A DNA stretch of 64,000 nt from Balanoglossus misakiensis (lineage: Eukaryota; Animalia; Hemichordata), in assembly GCA_040954595.2 (NCBI GenBank), contig CM082577.2, forward strand, positions 8,891,846-8,955,845. The letters are read 5' to 3'. The stretch's first letter is position 1, and each line of letters begins with the position of its first letter. The position numbers and the translations under genes were made by a program. Positions 10,891-24,523 of the stretch are shown piece after piece. The notes below the pieces were generated by a model. That model did not search any database and was not told the DNA's origin. It saw only the letters and a list, made by a program, of their open reading frames with translations.

Positions 10891-10970
10891 CTTCAACGTC
10901 AAAACTCTCGTCCAGCAGACCCGTACGACTGCAGCGCCCTGTCCGCCATCTTGGTCGCGTATGACAACAA
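10891..10970 (-). other. Probable non-coding first exon/promoter of the RING/TRAF-zf gene (5' boundary approximate)
   Basis: Strong donor AAG|GTGAGT (10890-10885). YY1-type AAGATGGCGG motif at ~10943-10952, opening a 16-codon uORF (MADRALQSYGSAGREF*). X-box-like GTTGTCATACGCGAC at 10954-10968. Splicing to 6977 gives a 5' UTR with an in-frame stop before ATG 6949. Confidence 0.55.
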
Positions 10971-11502
10971 TGGTTTCTATGAGTGCAAAGCTCACTGCTT
11001 TGTAATATCTCAATACAGGTCACGGTACACCTGATTGTTATTGCTGGAGGGAGGGGCTCCTGTATTCAGCGGGTGCTCCACTTGGAGCTTGCAATGTATC
11101 AACTGAAACAATTAGACCGCTTTTACTTTGCCACCCACAATCTCGACAAAACTGTCGTCGATTTCAGAGACATGACAGATTTCCCGCCAGGACGACGCGG
11201 AGCTTGCAAAGACCGAAATTTATAACATCCCAAATGACAAAGCGGTAATTACAATTAAAAGTGGCATAACTAATGAAAGTGTAAATTGGTTTACATTTCA
11301 GAAATTTAAAGCATGGCGACAAACCGGCCGACCGTGAAAATTATTTTTGCCAAGTGATAATCTATTTTTTATTGCCGTAGTTCGAAGCACATTAACTTGA
11401 CACCCAAGATCGACTCGTCGAGATCTGCCAACCTCTTCAAATTTATGTCGACTTCGTGATCTTTTCATCTGAAGGTCGGTCAATGCCGTAAATGTTGATA
11501 AA

Positions 11503-11560
11503 GGGAGAGAGAGAGAGAGAGAGAGAAAGAGAGGGGGAGAGAGACAGAGAGAGAGAGAGA
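11503..11560. repeat. Imperfect (GA)n microsatellite
   Basis: Directly visible. Confidence 0.9.
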
Positions 11561-11807
11561 CAAAGACATCCAACCATATGCATTGAATTTTGTACGAAAT
11601 TGCCGCAGTAAAGTTTTAATTCGTTGAATTTTATCTTATTTTTTTAATGTCACATACCTTCACAACTCAGACTGTAAGTAATGTTGTGGCAATATAAATC
11701 TTATTATGTTTATCGTTTGTACTTTACAAGATTAATCTTATTATTTATAAAAATAGTGGATTAAATTTTTTAAATTTATGCCGCGAAATAACCATGATAG
11801 CCAATCA

Positions 11808-11879
11808 CAGGTTGATGGCGCTTCAACCACCTGTTGGATCCGTGGAAGAAATAGCATAGAACCATCAATAGAGGGCGCC
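11808..11879. promoter_or_regulatory. Cluster of CTCF-like motifs
   Basis: caggttgatggcgc, ccacctgttgg (CCAACAGGTGG on -) and caatagagggcgcc lie within about 70 bp. Confidence 0.35.
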
Positions 11880-12701
11880 ACCATATAGGCAATGTTTCAG
11901 TCCAGTCACTCAACACATGTTTTGTAGTCGGAAAATGTTGCAATGCTCAATATAAACGTGGTAATACAAAGAATATAATGAGTTACTATTGAATAACTTT
12001 TTCTGCTACGTACTGTGTGTCGAACTGTGATGGTTCGTGTAGTAGATTACTCTAGTTATACTTGGCGCATTCACAAAACAGGCTCGGCAAACAACAGCGA
12101 GTTAGAAAACTCCTCCGTAATCGAACTAAGACACAGTTTTCAAGTGGAAAGGACCTGGGATCATATGTCTCACACGAGTCGGGGATTGTACAGTCCGACC
12201 ACTGAGACCAAGCCCTGTGGATCGGATGGAGAAAATCAAATACGGACTCTTATAGAAAAAAGTACATTTTAAACCTTTATTTTGGAAATACCTTGAAATT
12301 GGCACTTAAGCGTAAGTGTGGTGGTTGTGTTTGTCGTTTCGCATTAATTCTATTCAAAAGCACCATCGCAAGCATTACATCATATTTACACGACCTTTTG
12401 CAGGCTACCATATACTGTCTGGCACGATTCCAATTTGTTACAAAATATGTCTAGATACGTACAAACCCAACACAACATATGGTCGGTAATCCTCTCATAA
12501 GCTCAGCGTCGGACTTTGCCACGGTTGCTGATACTATATAGGAAACGGTCGAGAGGAAATAAAAAAACACTGATTGCACACACCTGAGTTATTTACAAAG
12601 CCAATCCCTGTACATTAAAGTTTAAAATAGCCATAGATGCCTGACAATATACGCGAAAATCAAGTACAGACTCGCTTGCCATCTCGATCCCAACACTTCA
12701 C

Positions 12702-12913
12702 CTTGGGATTACGGAAGAATATTGGTTGGCTTCTAAATTCCTCTTTCCTGGGCGTTGCTGACTCGGTCATCGGCAGAAGTGCGAGTCAAAGCGCCGTTGC
12801 AAAACAGGACAGTGCTCGTCTGGCCGGTTGCCGGGATGTCGGGTATCGGGGGGAACCACTGATCAACCGTCGAGGGGTTTATCAGCTGCCCCAGCCCGCC
12901 GTTACTCTGTCAT
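12702..12913 (-). other. Candidate non-coding internal exon
   Basis: Strong acceptor tttcctttgatttctgtgtacatttcAG, GC-richer body, donor AAG|GTGAAG. Stops in all three frames. Confidence 0.3.
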
Positions 12914-15900
12914 CTGAAATGTACACAGAAATCAAAGGAAACCGACATCAGAAAGAGCATGCGTTAGGTCACTTGGGGGGATTTGCAGTACAAACTTTAT
13001 TTTTCAATAACGGTATACCGGGTGTAAAAATTTCAGTATGAAAACTCCATTATTTATGTACCCTTTGCTCACCGCCGATTCATTAGCACTCGACCACGCC
13101 ACGCCAAAACCCATATTTGTTTTGCCTTATTTACCCATAACTCGAAAATCATAATCTACAGAGTGTAAACAAATCTAGAGGAGACGGAAGAGTTGATTCG
13201 GAGATACTACGTACACGCGCTGAAAATAACTTTACAGAACTTCAATGATATACATTGAGTGAACCTCTGAGAATTACAGCCTCGATTCTTAGGCGTCTCC
13301 GGAAGGACTTTGGCCGTCCCATTTGAGTTAACGCTGACCTATTTCGTCGCAGCTGCCAGGCCTAGTGCACCATCCAACAAACGTTCTCTTTTTCCTCCTT
13401 TGATTCCCTTTTGCTTAAATATTCCAGCACTTGAAAAATATCCTTGGGATTCCGAAAGTGTCAAGGAACTCGATGGACTGTCATCTACATTATATCCACA
13501 CGACAGATTATGAAGTCATCTGGATATTCAATCCTCCTCAAGTTTCAAGTACCTGGGACAACTCCTTGCAAGGTCAAGGAGAGACCGAAAACGGAACTGG
13601 ATGTTCATGATCTTGTCGTCAATTTATCGAGCGTAACCACAACCCCTGAAATATACACATGCACACGCATCACGCGATTTCCCGAATTTAAATCAAATCT
13701 CAACTTCTCTGGTGCGATTTCGACCCAGCCGCGATCGGACACTATCGTTCTCCTCGTTCAATACATGCTGAATATACATGTAGTTAGACGAAGCAGCCCC
13801 ACCGCTACGTCAAGCCCACGCCATGTTTGCACATAAACCAACCGACAGAAGTATAGTAACCGTTCCTTCTGATTTGAAAGATTTCAACCAAACGGGGTAC
13901 CCAAGACAGATTTGTAAATCGCTAAAACGCAAAGAAAACTGACGGGTTACCCTGAGCGGATCGCAGCGGTTTTACACAATCAGTAATATTCTACGCAAAA
14001 GTCTCGCCTCACTAATTCTTGCTATCCCTTATGGGTAGAAATTTCGTCTCTCCACGTTACCTTCCATCTGAAGGGCTGTTGCCATACCCAGCCATAAAAC
14101 ATCAACTTTGATGAAGTCAACCGATTGTATAGTATCGTATTTATTCAACAACCAGTTGTCGGATGGTGGGACTCTCATTGTGCGAAAATCCCTTTGCTTT
14201 TCGACCAGTCGGCTACAGTGGCATACTCGGCTCTGACTGAAAACAAAGGCCTGCATTGATCGCATCGATCGTTAAATACTCGCTAACAGTTGAAGCTGTT
14301 GCCTGACTAAAGAGCTAAACTGCGGTGAGAGTCAATAATCGAAGTCGCTGCAGTTTACACCGTAAGCACCTGTCATTCGCAGGAAAATATAAATTGTACA
14401 AACATTTTCCCCTCAAGCCCATGTTCTTTTGCAAATCATTTTGTCGTCATTTCTTTGTGTATTTGTTTTTCTCACAGAATGTTATTTATCAGTGTACATA
14501 GTCAGAATTTTGCAACAGGTCTGTGGGAACTTCCCAGAATTTCTGTTTTCTGTAACTGAATATCATTCCACCTACGTCCTAGCCCGTTGCACTTTTGACT
14601 ATGAAATCCATTGGTTTTTTTTCAATAAATGTCCTCAAAGTATTATAAGAAATGATCTTATCAAAGCATACATTTCGTAAGCAGGAAAGGCAGCGTATAC
14701 AGCAAGAGTTTCAAACGAAATGGGGCGAGTCTCGGCGTCGGGACAAATTCTCATGCGATGAAAATCATAACATGGACGGTAAATCTTTTAAACCCTAAAC
14801 GGATGTTCTGATGTAGTACACGTCCATGGTAGATTTTACTGCTCACGTGTTGTTATACTTTGCTCGTCTAGATTTTATTTTCCGTTCAAAATTGATTTGA
14901 CGACGTTTACTGACAGAGGGGGCTAGACAAATATGGCGCAGCGCGACGGAATATTAATTCCCGGTCCCGCTTCCTGTCATATTATTACTAGATGACGGAT
15001 TTCAAAAAATCAACAATCGCTGAAATTGCCGGAGACCTTATGACTCCATATTCCGGTACATCACATTGCTTTTAACGAATCAAAGCGAGTTTCAGGTTAA
15101 TTCCAGATAGTTTCCGAGTGCGGGAGAGGTTGTAGTTTCATTTGAAAACGTCCCCGCTGTATTTGAAAAGATTTTGTGTCTAGACCGTTGTAATCGCCCA
15201 GTTCTGATCGTGTTAAATTCATGTCGATGTCGACAATTAAAGACAAATTATCAACGGCGGGAGAGTTTGATTTGCATCATCTTGTGTTAATTTTAGATGT
15301 AATTTATGACGGAAATCCGGATGAGGCTTTTGTTGAATTTTCCCCAATCTGTACGGTACACTTTTCAACACGTTCATAAATATTTCGTCGGCAACATTTG
15401 GTATTTTCAAACCAGTCTACGTTCCTCTGGTGTCCGTGGCGATAGACGCCGACGTTTTCCGAGAAAATCGATACCGTTTTAACTTGAACTGCCTGAAAAT
15501 TACGCGGTTTCTTCGTAGTCAAACAGCAATTGAAAAACGGGATGGTTTTAGCGAAGATTGTGCACAGTTTGTCTTGAACAAACGTCAAAAAGACATTTGG
15601 TCGTTCTAGCGGTGTAGTCTACTAAACCAGAGGACTTATATTGCAAAATTGCCACTCTCTTTAGCTTAAATAAAAAGAAAACAAGCAGTGTATTAAATCA
15701 AAACTTCGCACCTTTGCAAAATGTAAAACTTGGGGGAATATTTACGGGGAAACGAAGCGACAATTTTGCACATATTTTCCGTATTGTTTTACTGTGCATC
15801 GACTACAGTTTACAGACCACAAGATTATGGAACTGTTTGTGGGATACACAGACAAATATAATGAAATTAAAGTCAAGAGTTACAGCTAAACCTAGAGCAG

Positions 15901-16299
15901 AACTATTGACCAAAGCAGTATGGGTGGTCATTTAAGTAAAACTTCCAGTTTTCCAAAAAAACATTGAAAGAATGGATGGAAATGGGCAGATATGTAGTTG
16001 CAGTGCGAGTCGAGTCTTAGGCCAGTATTCAAAATGGCGCCCTCTATGATATTCGCCCAGTTTGCCCCCTTTCTAATCTAAGTCATGCATGCTAATATAG
16101 GTTTCCCAACAATATTAAAGTAGAACAGTGAAAATGTAAACTATTTTCAGGCTATTTTCAATATTGTATTATCACAGAGTAGTTCCAATCGTGTTCCTAT
16201 CTTCGCCTGTGTTTAACTTCCAGTGGACACTTCAGTCAAAGACCTTCACTCGCCAAGTACATGAAGTAAGAAGATATTTCAAGTGCGCGAATGTAGATA

Positions 16300-16441
16300 C
16301 AGTCGAACCTATCTATAGTGAGTGGCCAGTCAAGGGACTTTCATTAACTGGCCTTTATAGACAGGTGGCTCATGTAAATTGCACAGGGACTGTAACAGAG
16401 TGGCCACTATGTAGAGGTGGCCACTAACACAGGTCTGACTG
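16300..16441. mobile_element. Tc1/mariner (pogo/Tigger-like) MITE, 142 bp
   Basis: TA|CAGTCGAACCT ... AGGTCTGACTG|TA: imperfect TIRs with a TA target-site duplication, plus internal GTGGCCAC/AGGTGGC subrepeats. Confidence 0.75.
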
Positions 16442-17184
16442 TATAACGATAAAGTAAACGCGCCTTTTTGCTGACAGACGAGGGCCTTCAAAAACTTCGG
16501 CTCATTCAACTTCCAGCGAGTGTTAACTGCCGCAACGCGTGATTCTATCAACCACCGGATAATCCGTTGTACATTACGAAGGGAATAAAACTCATTTTAG
16601 TAGGATTTACTATACCGGTAGTGTCGTTAAATATCGCCATCGAAGCACATAAATATAACTCTTTCCTTTAGTACAGCGGAGCAATTTATACGGATGACGG
16701 TGTAAAGTCAGAACAAGTTAAGTTTACGTGTCTCACAAGTAGGCTCCTTAGGGTTAATTAAAAGTTATGTTATTTGTACCGTTTTAAGGTTTGCAAGTAA
16801 ATGCTGTTAATATGGTACATTCTGGACAGTATACGATTTGATATACATATAATGAGTACAGCTGATTATTTCGCAAGGTAAAATGAATGAATTTATATAT
16901 TGGTTGTGGTTACGTATGTTTATCAAAATAAACCGTGCATGGCAGTTTTACTGAGACTTGATTTTTTGTTTTGATCAGCGCGTTGTGCGACTCGTGTAAA
17001 TACGGAGATTTATTGACGTACAGTGTTACTCAAATATCTTTGAAGCGTGTCAAATTTGTCCCATTCTTCAAAAAGTCAAACCGACAAATTTCATAATTTA
17101 CTTTCCTGTCGATTTTTATCTGTAACGAACATTCATCATTTTCTATATCCACTCTGTGTCTGTTCTCAAACCGCAAAACCTGCA

Positions 17185-17360
<176 letters not shown>

Positions 17361-20300
17361 CCCAGCATTATAGAAGACTGGGTGTTTCCCAAAAGTCCCT
17401 ATCTTTTTTTGCTTTACTTTGCTTTGGAAACGAAAAGAAATCACAAAAATATCAAATATCAAACTTGACATAGCTTTAGAGAATTTTTCGCATTGCTTTT
17501 TAAGTCTGGCACTTTACATTTTATCATGGTAACTGTATTGCAGCTGAACAGTAATGTAACTGTGTATGATATACTTTACAAGTTCGATACATTAAGGATT
17601 TGTCGTGTAATGTCATTGTCTGCTTGTCCCTATTTTTTAACAGGAACAGCTCAACGCGTTTCCAAGTTTTACAGAAAGTAAAAAAGACGCACAAAAACTT
17701 CGTTTTCAAGACGTAAATAATGTGTCTTGTCAAATGTATAATGTACTAGTATTCTTTTGAAGATGAGTTTTATTAATGAAAACAATTGAAAACTTTTTCA
17801 ACTCAGCATTTTATTGGTTGAATTCTTGACGGTGGTTGTTGACATCGACTGCGGTGAGAAAGTCTAGAGCGGATATCCACGGTGCATCACCGACCGGCGC
17901 CCCGAGGGTCGGCAGTTCATCGCGTCGTGGTGGATCCGGCACGGTGGTCATACATTGCCTGTTCTGGTAAAATTAAACAGCTCGTAAATGCAATTATATG
18001 AGTAAACTGTTTTTTCTTTTCCCACGGTACGTTTTTGCTATTTTGGTCAGTCACCGTCTAATTGTCACTCGAGCAGCGACTCCGAGGAATGGCAACGTTG
18101 CCGACAAAATTAAAAATTCCACTCGCCCCAAGGACTGAAGGCGTCGCCACCTATTACCGTTCGAAGTTATCGCATGTTGTACAAATATGATAGTTTTTCT
18201 GTCGTGACTAGTTTGTCAATCTTCCTCTGTTAAAAACGGTATTGATAAGTACTTCGGAATGTAAATTGTTGCTATTTTAACAGAATTTGTGTTTATCGTT
18301 CCACCAACACTAAACCGAACAAACGATATTGCCAAGCATATCGTCAATTCCTTGACACAAAATTTCTACTATTAGGAACGAAAACGTCTACATTTGTGCA
18401 GTTCATGTCTTGAGTAAAACTGCGAAATGTTTCTCGATATCCTGGCAAATTTTAATACACACCACGTGTGAAATTTCGCAGGGTAAATAAGCTGGCCACA
18501 GACGACTAGTTTAGGTGACGAGTTGTTTTCTTTCTTTCCTATTTTTCAATATGGCGGACAATGAAGTGTTTTACTTCACACATCAGGGTCATGCATTACA
18601 ACTTATAGAGATATACTATAAACAAAACGATGAAAAGTAAACGTTAATAAAACTTTTGTGGGTTTTATTATAATTTTAGAAATTAAGATATGAAGTTGCA
18701 CGATGTTAAATGACTGGTTTCACGCGAGGTCGGACTGTCGTGCGCGATGATTGACAGCGCCTTCCCGAAAGAAAAAAGAATACCCAAGTCTTGAAGTCAG
18801 GGAAGTTTGTTACATGTAGTTCATTGACAAATTTGAAATACAGATCGAGAAGTTATAGTTTAGATTAAAGCACCCATAACTGTAGGATATTCTGCCGTTG
18901 CTCTATAGCAGTACGCCAAAGCAAAGGAGCGTGATTCATAGTGGCTGCCACGGCTCAGACTGCAGGTCGGTCTAGTCCGGGCCCTCGCGCTCAATCAAGA
19001 GTCCGAGCTGCAGATTCTAACACGGTCCCTCGACAAACGGATTTGAGGTTTGCGATTTTACATTTCTAGAAGATTCACCCTGTACCTCTTCTTCGTAAAC
19101 TAAATCATTTTTATATACTCGCAGGGGTTACAAGTTGAATGTTTTAAAGTGATAAACCCTGGGTTCATTTTCAACCAAATACCAATAGAAGTTTAATTTC
19201 TGAAAAATAACAACCTGCTTTACGCCCAGCTGTCGCGAGATAGCTCATCGTGTAACGGAGGTCACGCTGGCCCCTTTTCTGTTCTATCCTAAACCGATTT
19301 AGAATGCAACGCTGTGCTAAAATGGTGATATGGAAGGATGTCACGGTGGTAACTGGATAAGATAACCAAAGACTGAACACTGGATTCGAAGAAAATCGAA
19401 CTTGAAGGGGTCTAATTTTGGTTTTGCATGATAAATGTTTTCTGGAGCGATTTTGCTACGAGCTGCGCGTGTACTGCTAATTCCTATACGTTAGGCACAG
19501 ACTTTGTGGTTTGAGTAACACAACATAGAAAAATGAATTATTTAAAAACTGTGACCCCTCCTCGCCTACCATGCAGTTAACCATAGACATGAAAACATGC
19601 TGCGTGATGGAAGTATGACAATGAACCTATATGTTCAATACCCATGAGGTTTTCCATGGTCTATTCTACCTACGAAGCCGATTTTGTAGAACATATCTGT
19701 TCAGCGGGTTTCAGATGGTGGAGATCATGACGTCAAAAGGTACATCCCGCCTAGACGCCTTACCTGAGCTCACCTTAGATGCACTTTAGCGGGTTTTTTT
19801 TGCTATTTATTTTTCGGCCACCGAAGTTGGAAATGGTGAAAGTGGCCACATGTAAATCTATAATAGTCTCTCTCACACGTCGCTACATTGACATATACAG
19901 AGAATTACCCCTGTTTCATGGGTTAAAGATGTAAGGCCCCTACAATCTCAAACAAAATCTCTGTCGTCACTCACAAAATTGACGGCTGTAAGATTTATTC
20001 ACAGAGCAAAAGGTTGTCTGTAGGAACACTGCCTTCTTTAAATAAAAGATCATATAAAATATTGCACTCCATGGCAACATTATCTCGTGTTCTCATCAGT
20101 TTTTATGATGAAATACATAAATATTGAAATTCTGATTATAAAACACGCATTAGCCAGTCATTATATCAACATACATTTCTCAGTCTTCCCTAAGCAAAGC
20201 AATTACACCGTTTGTATGAAAGACGAGGCGTGGACCGCGCAAAATGGACTCAAGTCTGCCTTGTTAAAGCACATGGACGTATCATTTAAAAACAAAAAAT

Positions 20301-21525
20301 ATTCAGTCAGATCACTATCAGGTCATTGTCTGTATTATGGCGCTTTAACCGCTTGCACGACGAAAACAAGGGCGCCACTCGACATCTGGTAAGGTAAGGT
20401 TTGTTTGTCCGTGTTGCGGACTGAGTTTTATAGGATTCTTCCGAAATCCCGCTCGTACCCGGACGCGTAAGTTGAATGTTAACGCTAACTTGAGTAGACG
20501 GAAAAGTCGCCGGAGTGTATATAGGTGTCACACGAAACAGCGATAGGCGTCGGGCGAACCCTGTTTTCTTGTTCTACACGTATTTTTTGTTGACAGACTA
20601 CAGGGTGACTTATTGCCGCCTAAAACGCAGACGCCCGGTTCAATGTACATGGGGATGAAGCCGACACAGATGCGGCAAACGGCAATAGCGAGGGTGATTT
20701 AGTGACTCTCTTACTCTTTGTCGATAACTAGAATGATAGCTAATCCACGACTGAATTAAAAAAAACAAGAAACGTGGACGAGCAATATATGACCGAAAAT
20801 CTCCTTAAACACATGCATTATTGTTAAAAGATGATACGCTTGTCTACTGGGACACGGCGGAAGCTCGACTTTTGAAAATGGGAAAACTATATTCTTCGTT
20901 TTGTATTTCTATTCAGATATGAATCACTCCATGTATGCATGTATGTATGTATGTACAAAGAGCAATTTGCAGGGACCACATGTAGCCCGTTCATGTACAC
21001 GGAGCTCATTGTGTGGTGTGCTATGAATGAAAAACATCCGGTCAGACTCAATCATCCTTATTGGCGCCATAAACCAGAAAGCCCCGGTACAATTAGCTTT
21101 TTACGCTGAAATGGCGTTTAAATCTAAATCGTTAACATTACAAATCCCTGCCTCACATTCACTCATCGAAGAGGTGACTCACGGGAAAAAGAAACGCACA
21201 TGGACAATTTGTTCCCTAATATACCACCATCACCCGATGTGTGTGTAAATTACTATCCCATGTGTTGCTGTTTACTTACCGATTGAAAGGCTTGGCTCTT
21301 TGATGGTCCATTCGACGAACGGTAAAACGGCAGTAACCCCTTGTGATAATTACTTTCATATTGCTACACGCGTTACTTGTGTCCCATCAACGTCGGTAAT
21401 AGCAGCAGGCACTCCATCTGTCGACTAAACATTTAAGGAGACAATTAAGAGTCAGGCTCTGATGACCTGTTTGTTGCCGGCCTCGTGGTGGCGCTCTCAA
21501 GAGTGCAGTTGAGCATATCAAACCT

Positions 21526-21630
21526 GTGGATGGATGGATGGATGGATGGACGGGCGGGCGGGCGGGCGGGCGTACGGACGGACGGATGGATGATGTCGAC
21601 GACGACGATGATGATGATGATGACAATGAT
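21526..21630. repeat. Compound microsatellite (GGAT)n(GGGC)n(GGAC)n(GAC/GAT)n
   Basis: Directly visible. Confidence 0.9.
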
Positions 21631-24523
21631 TGTGGAATGGTGACAACTAAATCGATGAGGACTACATGTATCTTTGTCACCATGGTGATCGCCCCCCCCC
21701 CCCTGCACGATATCATCCGCAATACTGTCATCGAACTTTCATCATTAAAGTTTATTTCTCAATAATTGGAAGATCCCAATGTGCGAAGCCAAGAACAAAA
21801 CAAATACTATTGACACGTTATCCACTTTGTTGAGCGCCCCAACGAAATTATATCCATCATGCAAAATGCATATCCAGCGTTCAATGCGCTGGTTGAAACA
21901 GTCCCTCGTGCGAGGTTGACAGTCTTCTGTTGTCCAAGGACGATCACCAAGGTCACCGATGCGAACACTCACAAAGTACACTGACGTAGTTCGTCGTTGA
22001 TGAGTTTGGTCGTATCATGTTGCTATCTTAATTTGTCTCCGAATGCAAGGTTTGTTTTATATTTAAGTCAAGCACCAACATTACCGCGTTGGCGTTGACA
22101 GTTGAAGCGGACTTGTGCTTGATTACCGGGGTTGTAAATCATTTTATATCCAGGTGTATAGACATGGCAGTGTTTGCCAACGATGTCCTGATCACCGAGA
22201 CCATGATGCGTGGAAGTGATACTACCCTATTAATGAGACAAAATTGTCTCACGTGTTACTAAGGAGAGTCCCAACCTTGTCTTAATGACTTCTTTCCTTA
22301 CATACCAGAAAAGAACATCATTTCATCTTTTCGGCAATATTCTGTACGCAAACGCTTTCACTAAACAACCCCGTGCCTTTAATATAATTTACTTCTGTTT
22401 CAGCAATCGTCCAATTCGATGGCAGTGGATGAATTGTGTCTCATCATGTACAGCATCACACATTTTTTATTTTTGGCATTGTTTAATTTAATCACCAAAT
22501 TCCGCGATGTCTACAGAATCAGGCGTGGGAACTGTTACACCGTTTACTTGACCAAACACTACATTCCTGTTGGTAACTAACTGAGGTAGGGTCGAGGTAT
22601 CGCCCAAATTCAAAGTTTACTTGGCCTCTGTACTACATGCAACCAAACACGAGTGACTATTTCACAAATAGAACATTCATGATGAGAAAACGTGCTATGT
22701 GTTTCAGAGAACGTTGGGTCTTGTAAGCCACGTCTCTGAAGGCCAGAATAGGTGTTAAATAATAGTTTTTGAAAAATGCTTCCTGCTAACAAATCTCCAC
22801 GCCATTTTTATTGGAATATACTCTGTGTGTGAAATTCTGGCCTTTTAGCTTTCAGTGCAGTTTGAGGTGATGGTACCTTAAGCATTCAAGTAAACTTGAC
22901 TGCATTTCTTCGTTTGTTATATCTAGGCAAGACTGGAATAACAAAGTACAATTTTTGGGTCACGGTGTAAGGAATATGGATCCGAGTTATTTTTAGAGTT
23001 TCATAGTGATGTTCGCTTCAATTTCACCCCTATATATGACGGATGTGTCAACGATGAGTAACAGCAAACGTATCGGAAAAAAATCTCAGCCCCTACCGCT
23101 AAAGCAGCTTGGGACAAAGGTCACCCGAGGTCGCTTTGTATTTCATTCCGCGTTACTTCACAGTGTTTGGCCAGGCCCTGTCGGTTCCTTTTGAGGTCAC
23201 AATTAATTTCTTGTTCGGGGAAGGGCCGGTGAAATAATAAATGGACCGCGATTGTTTTATTTCGTTTTCACGCCCCGCGACCGTTTGATCGTACCGACTT
23301 TAAAGGCGCGTGTGTTAAAGCGCGGACCGGAGGTATCGTGGTGTTAAGTGTGAGAAATTGGGGGTAGCGCGGCCGCACACTAAAAGCTGGCGTGGTGACC
23401 ATTCGTTTGGCATGCTCTTGGGGTGTGTCGGAGTAAGGTTATGGAATCACGCCATTTCTTCTCATCCATCCATTCACAGATTCTTGTCACACACAAAAAC
23501 AAACAAAATTCTCCCGGTTTCACTCAGAGCTGAAGCGGTCCCAGTCAAGAAATCGGTACGGAAGCAGGAGCGCGTCACGGTTTTACTCGCGTCACATTTC
23601 GACAGGATCCCGACAGTATTGTCGCGGAAATTGTCGTCAAACTTACTTTGATTTAGTCGTGACAGTTGGAGTGGATTACTCGATTTTTTTTCTCCTGTAA
23701 ACCGGAGGTAGTTTACAGATATAAAAATGAACATAAAACCCGCCCTCAAACCGCACTTCATATTGAACAATAAAGCTATTATTAGATTTAACGACAATTT
23801 CACATCTTTTACGACTCCAGAAATGACTCTCGAATGACAATGCGATATGCACTAAGAAAGAACTAGTGACAACTGGAGATCTCGCATGGGCTATAAATCA
23901 AAGCGATCGAAGTTGTTTCTAAAAGACGACCAATTTATCGATGGTCGCCATCCTGTTTCAAGCGCAGGTGTCTTTCTCCAACGCACGCGCAGTTAGCCTT
24001 TGGTGAAGATCATCTCCGGTAATTCTAACGCTAACGGACAATGTCAAAGTTCAACTCAGTTTGGCGCAAGTACTCTGATCCCCTCCCCCTCCCCGCACTC
24101 GCTTCTTCTTTGAAGCGAGCCCGCGCCGTCGTAATAACAACTCCCCGGTTTTCAAGGGTTTCCTGTCGGAACAAACTAATATCACCGTGACCGCATGAAT
24201 GTTTTTTTTTCGATCGGTCACGAGTGGTAACCGTGCCCCTCCCCCCTCTCCCTGCCGGATCTCATGCCGTCTGTGGCCGCGAACTCTTATACCGGTTTTC
24301 CGGTCCGTTCTCGATAAACGTCAAATGCCTAACATCCGGAAGTTGAAATATGGAAGTTTTCACGGATCCCGAGAAAAAAACGACCTGTCCCCTGTTTGAT
24401 GTATTTTCTTTTGCTTTGTGTACAAGATAAAGCCAAGTCTGTTTTGCTTCTCTAACTTCTGGGATGCCGTTTGGTAAACATGGGTTCTTAGACAAGAAAA
24501 ATAATCTTATTGACTCGGACTTA

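Noticed and set aside
17877-17930. SECIS-like reading of the hairpin (AUGA...UGA on -)
   Set aside because: No apical AAR motif, the stem geometry does not fit, and there is no selenoprotein CDS nearby.
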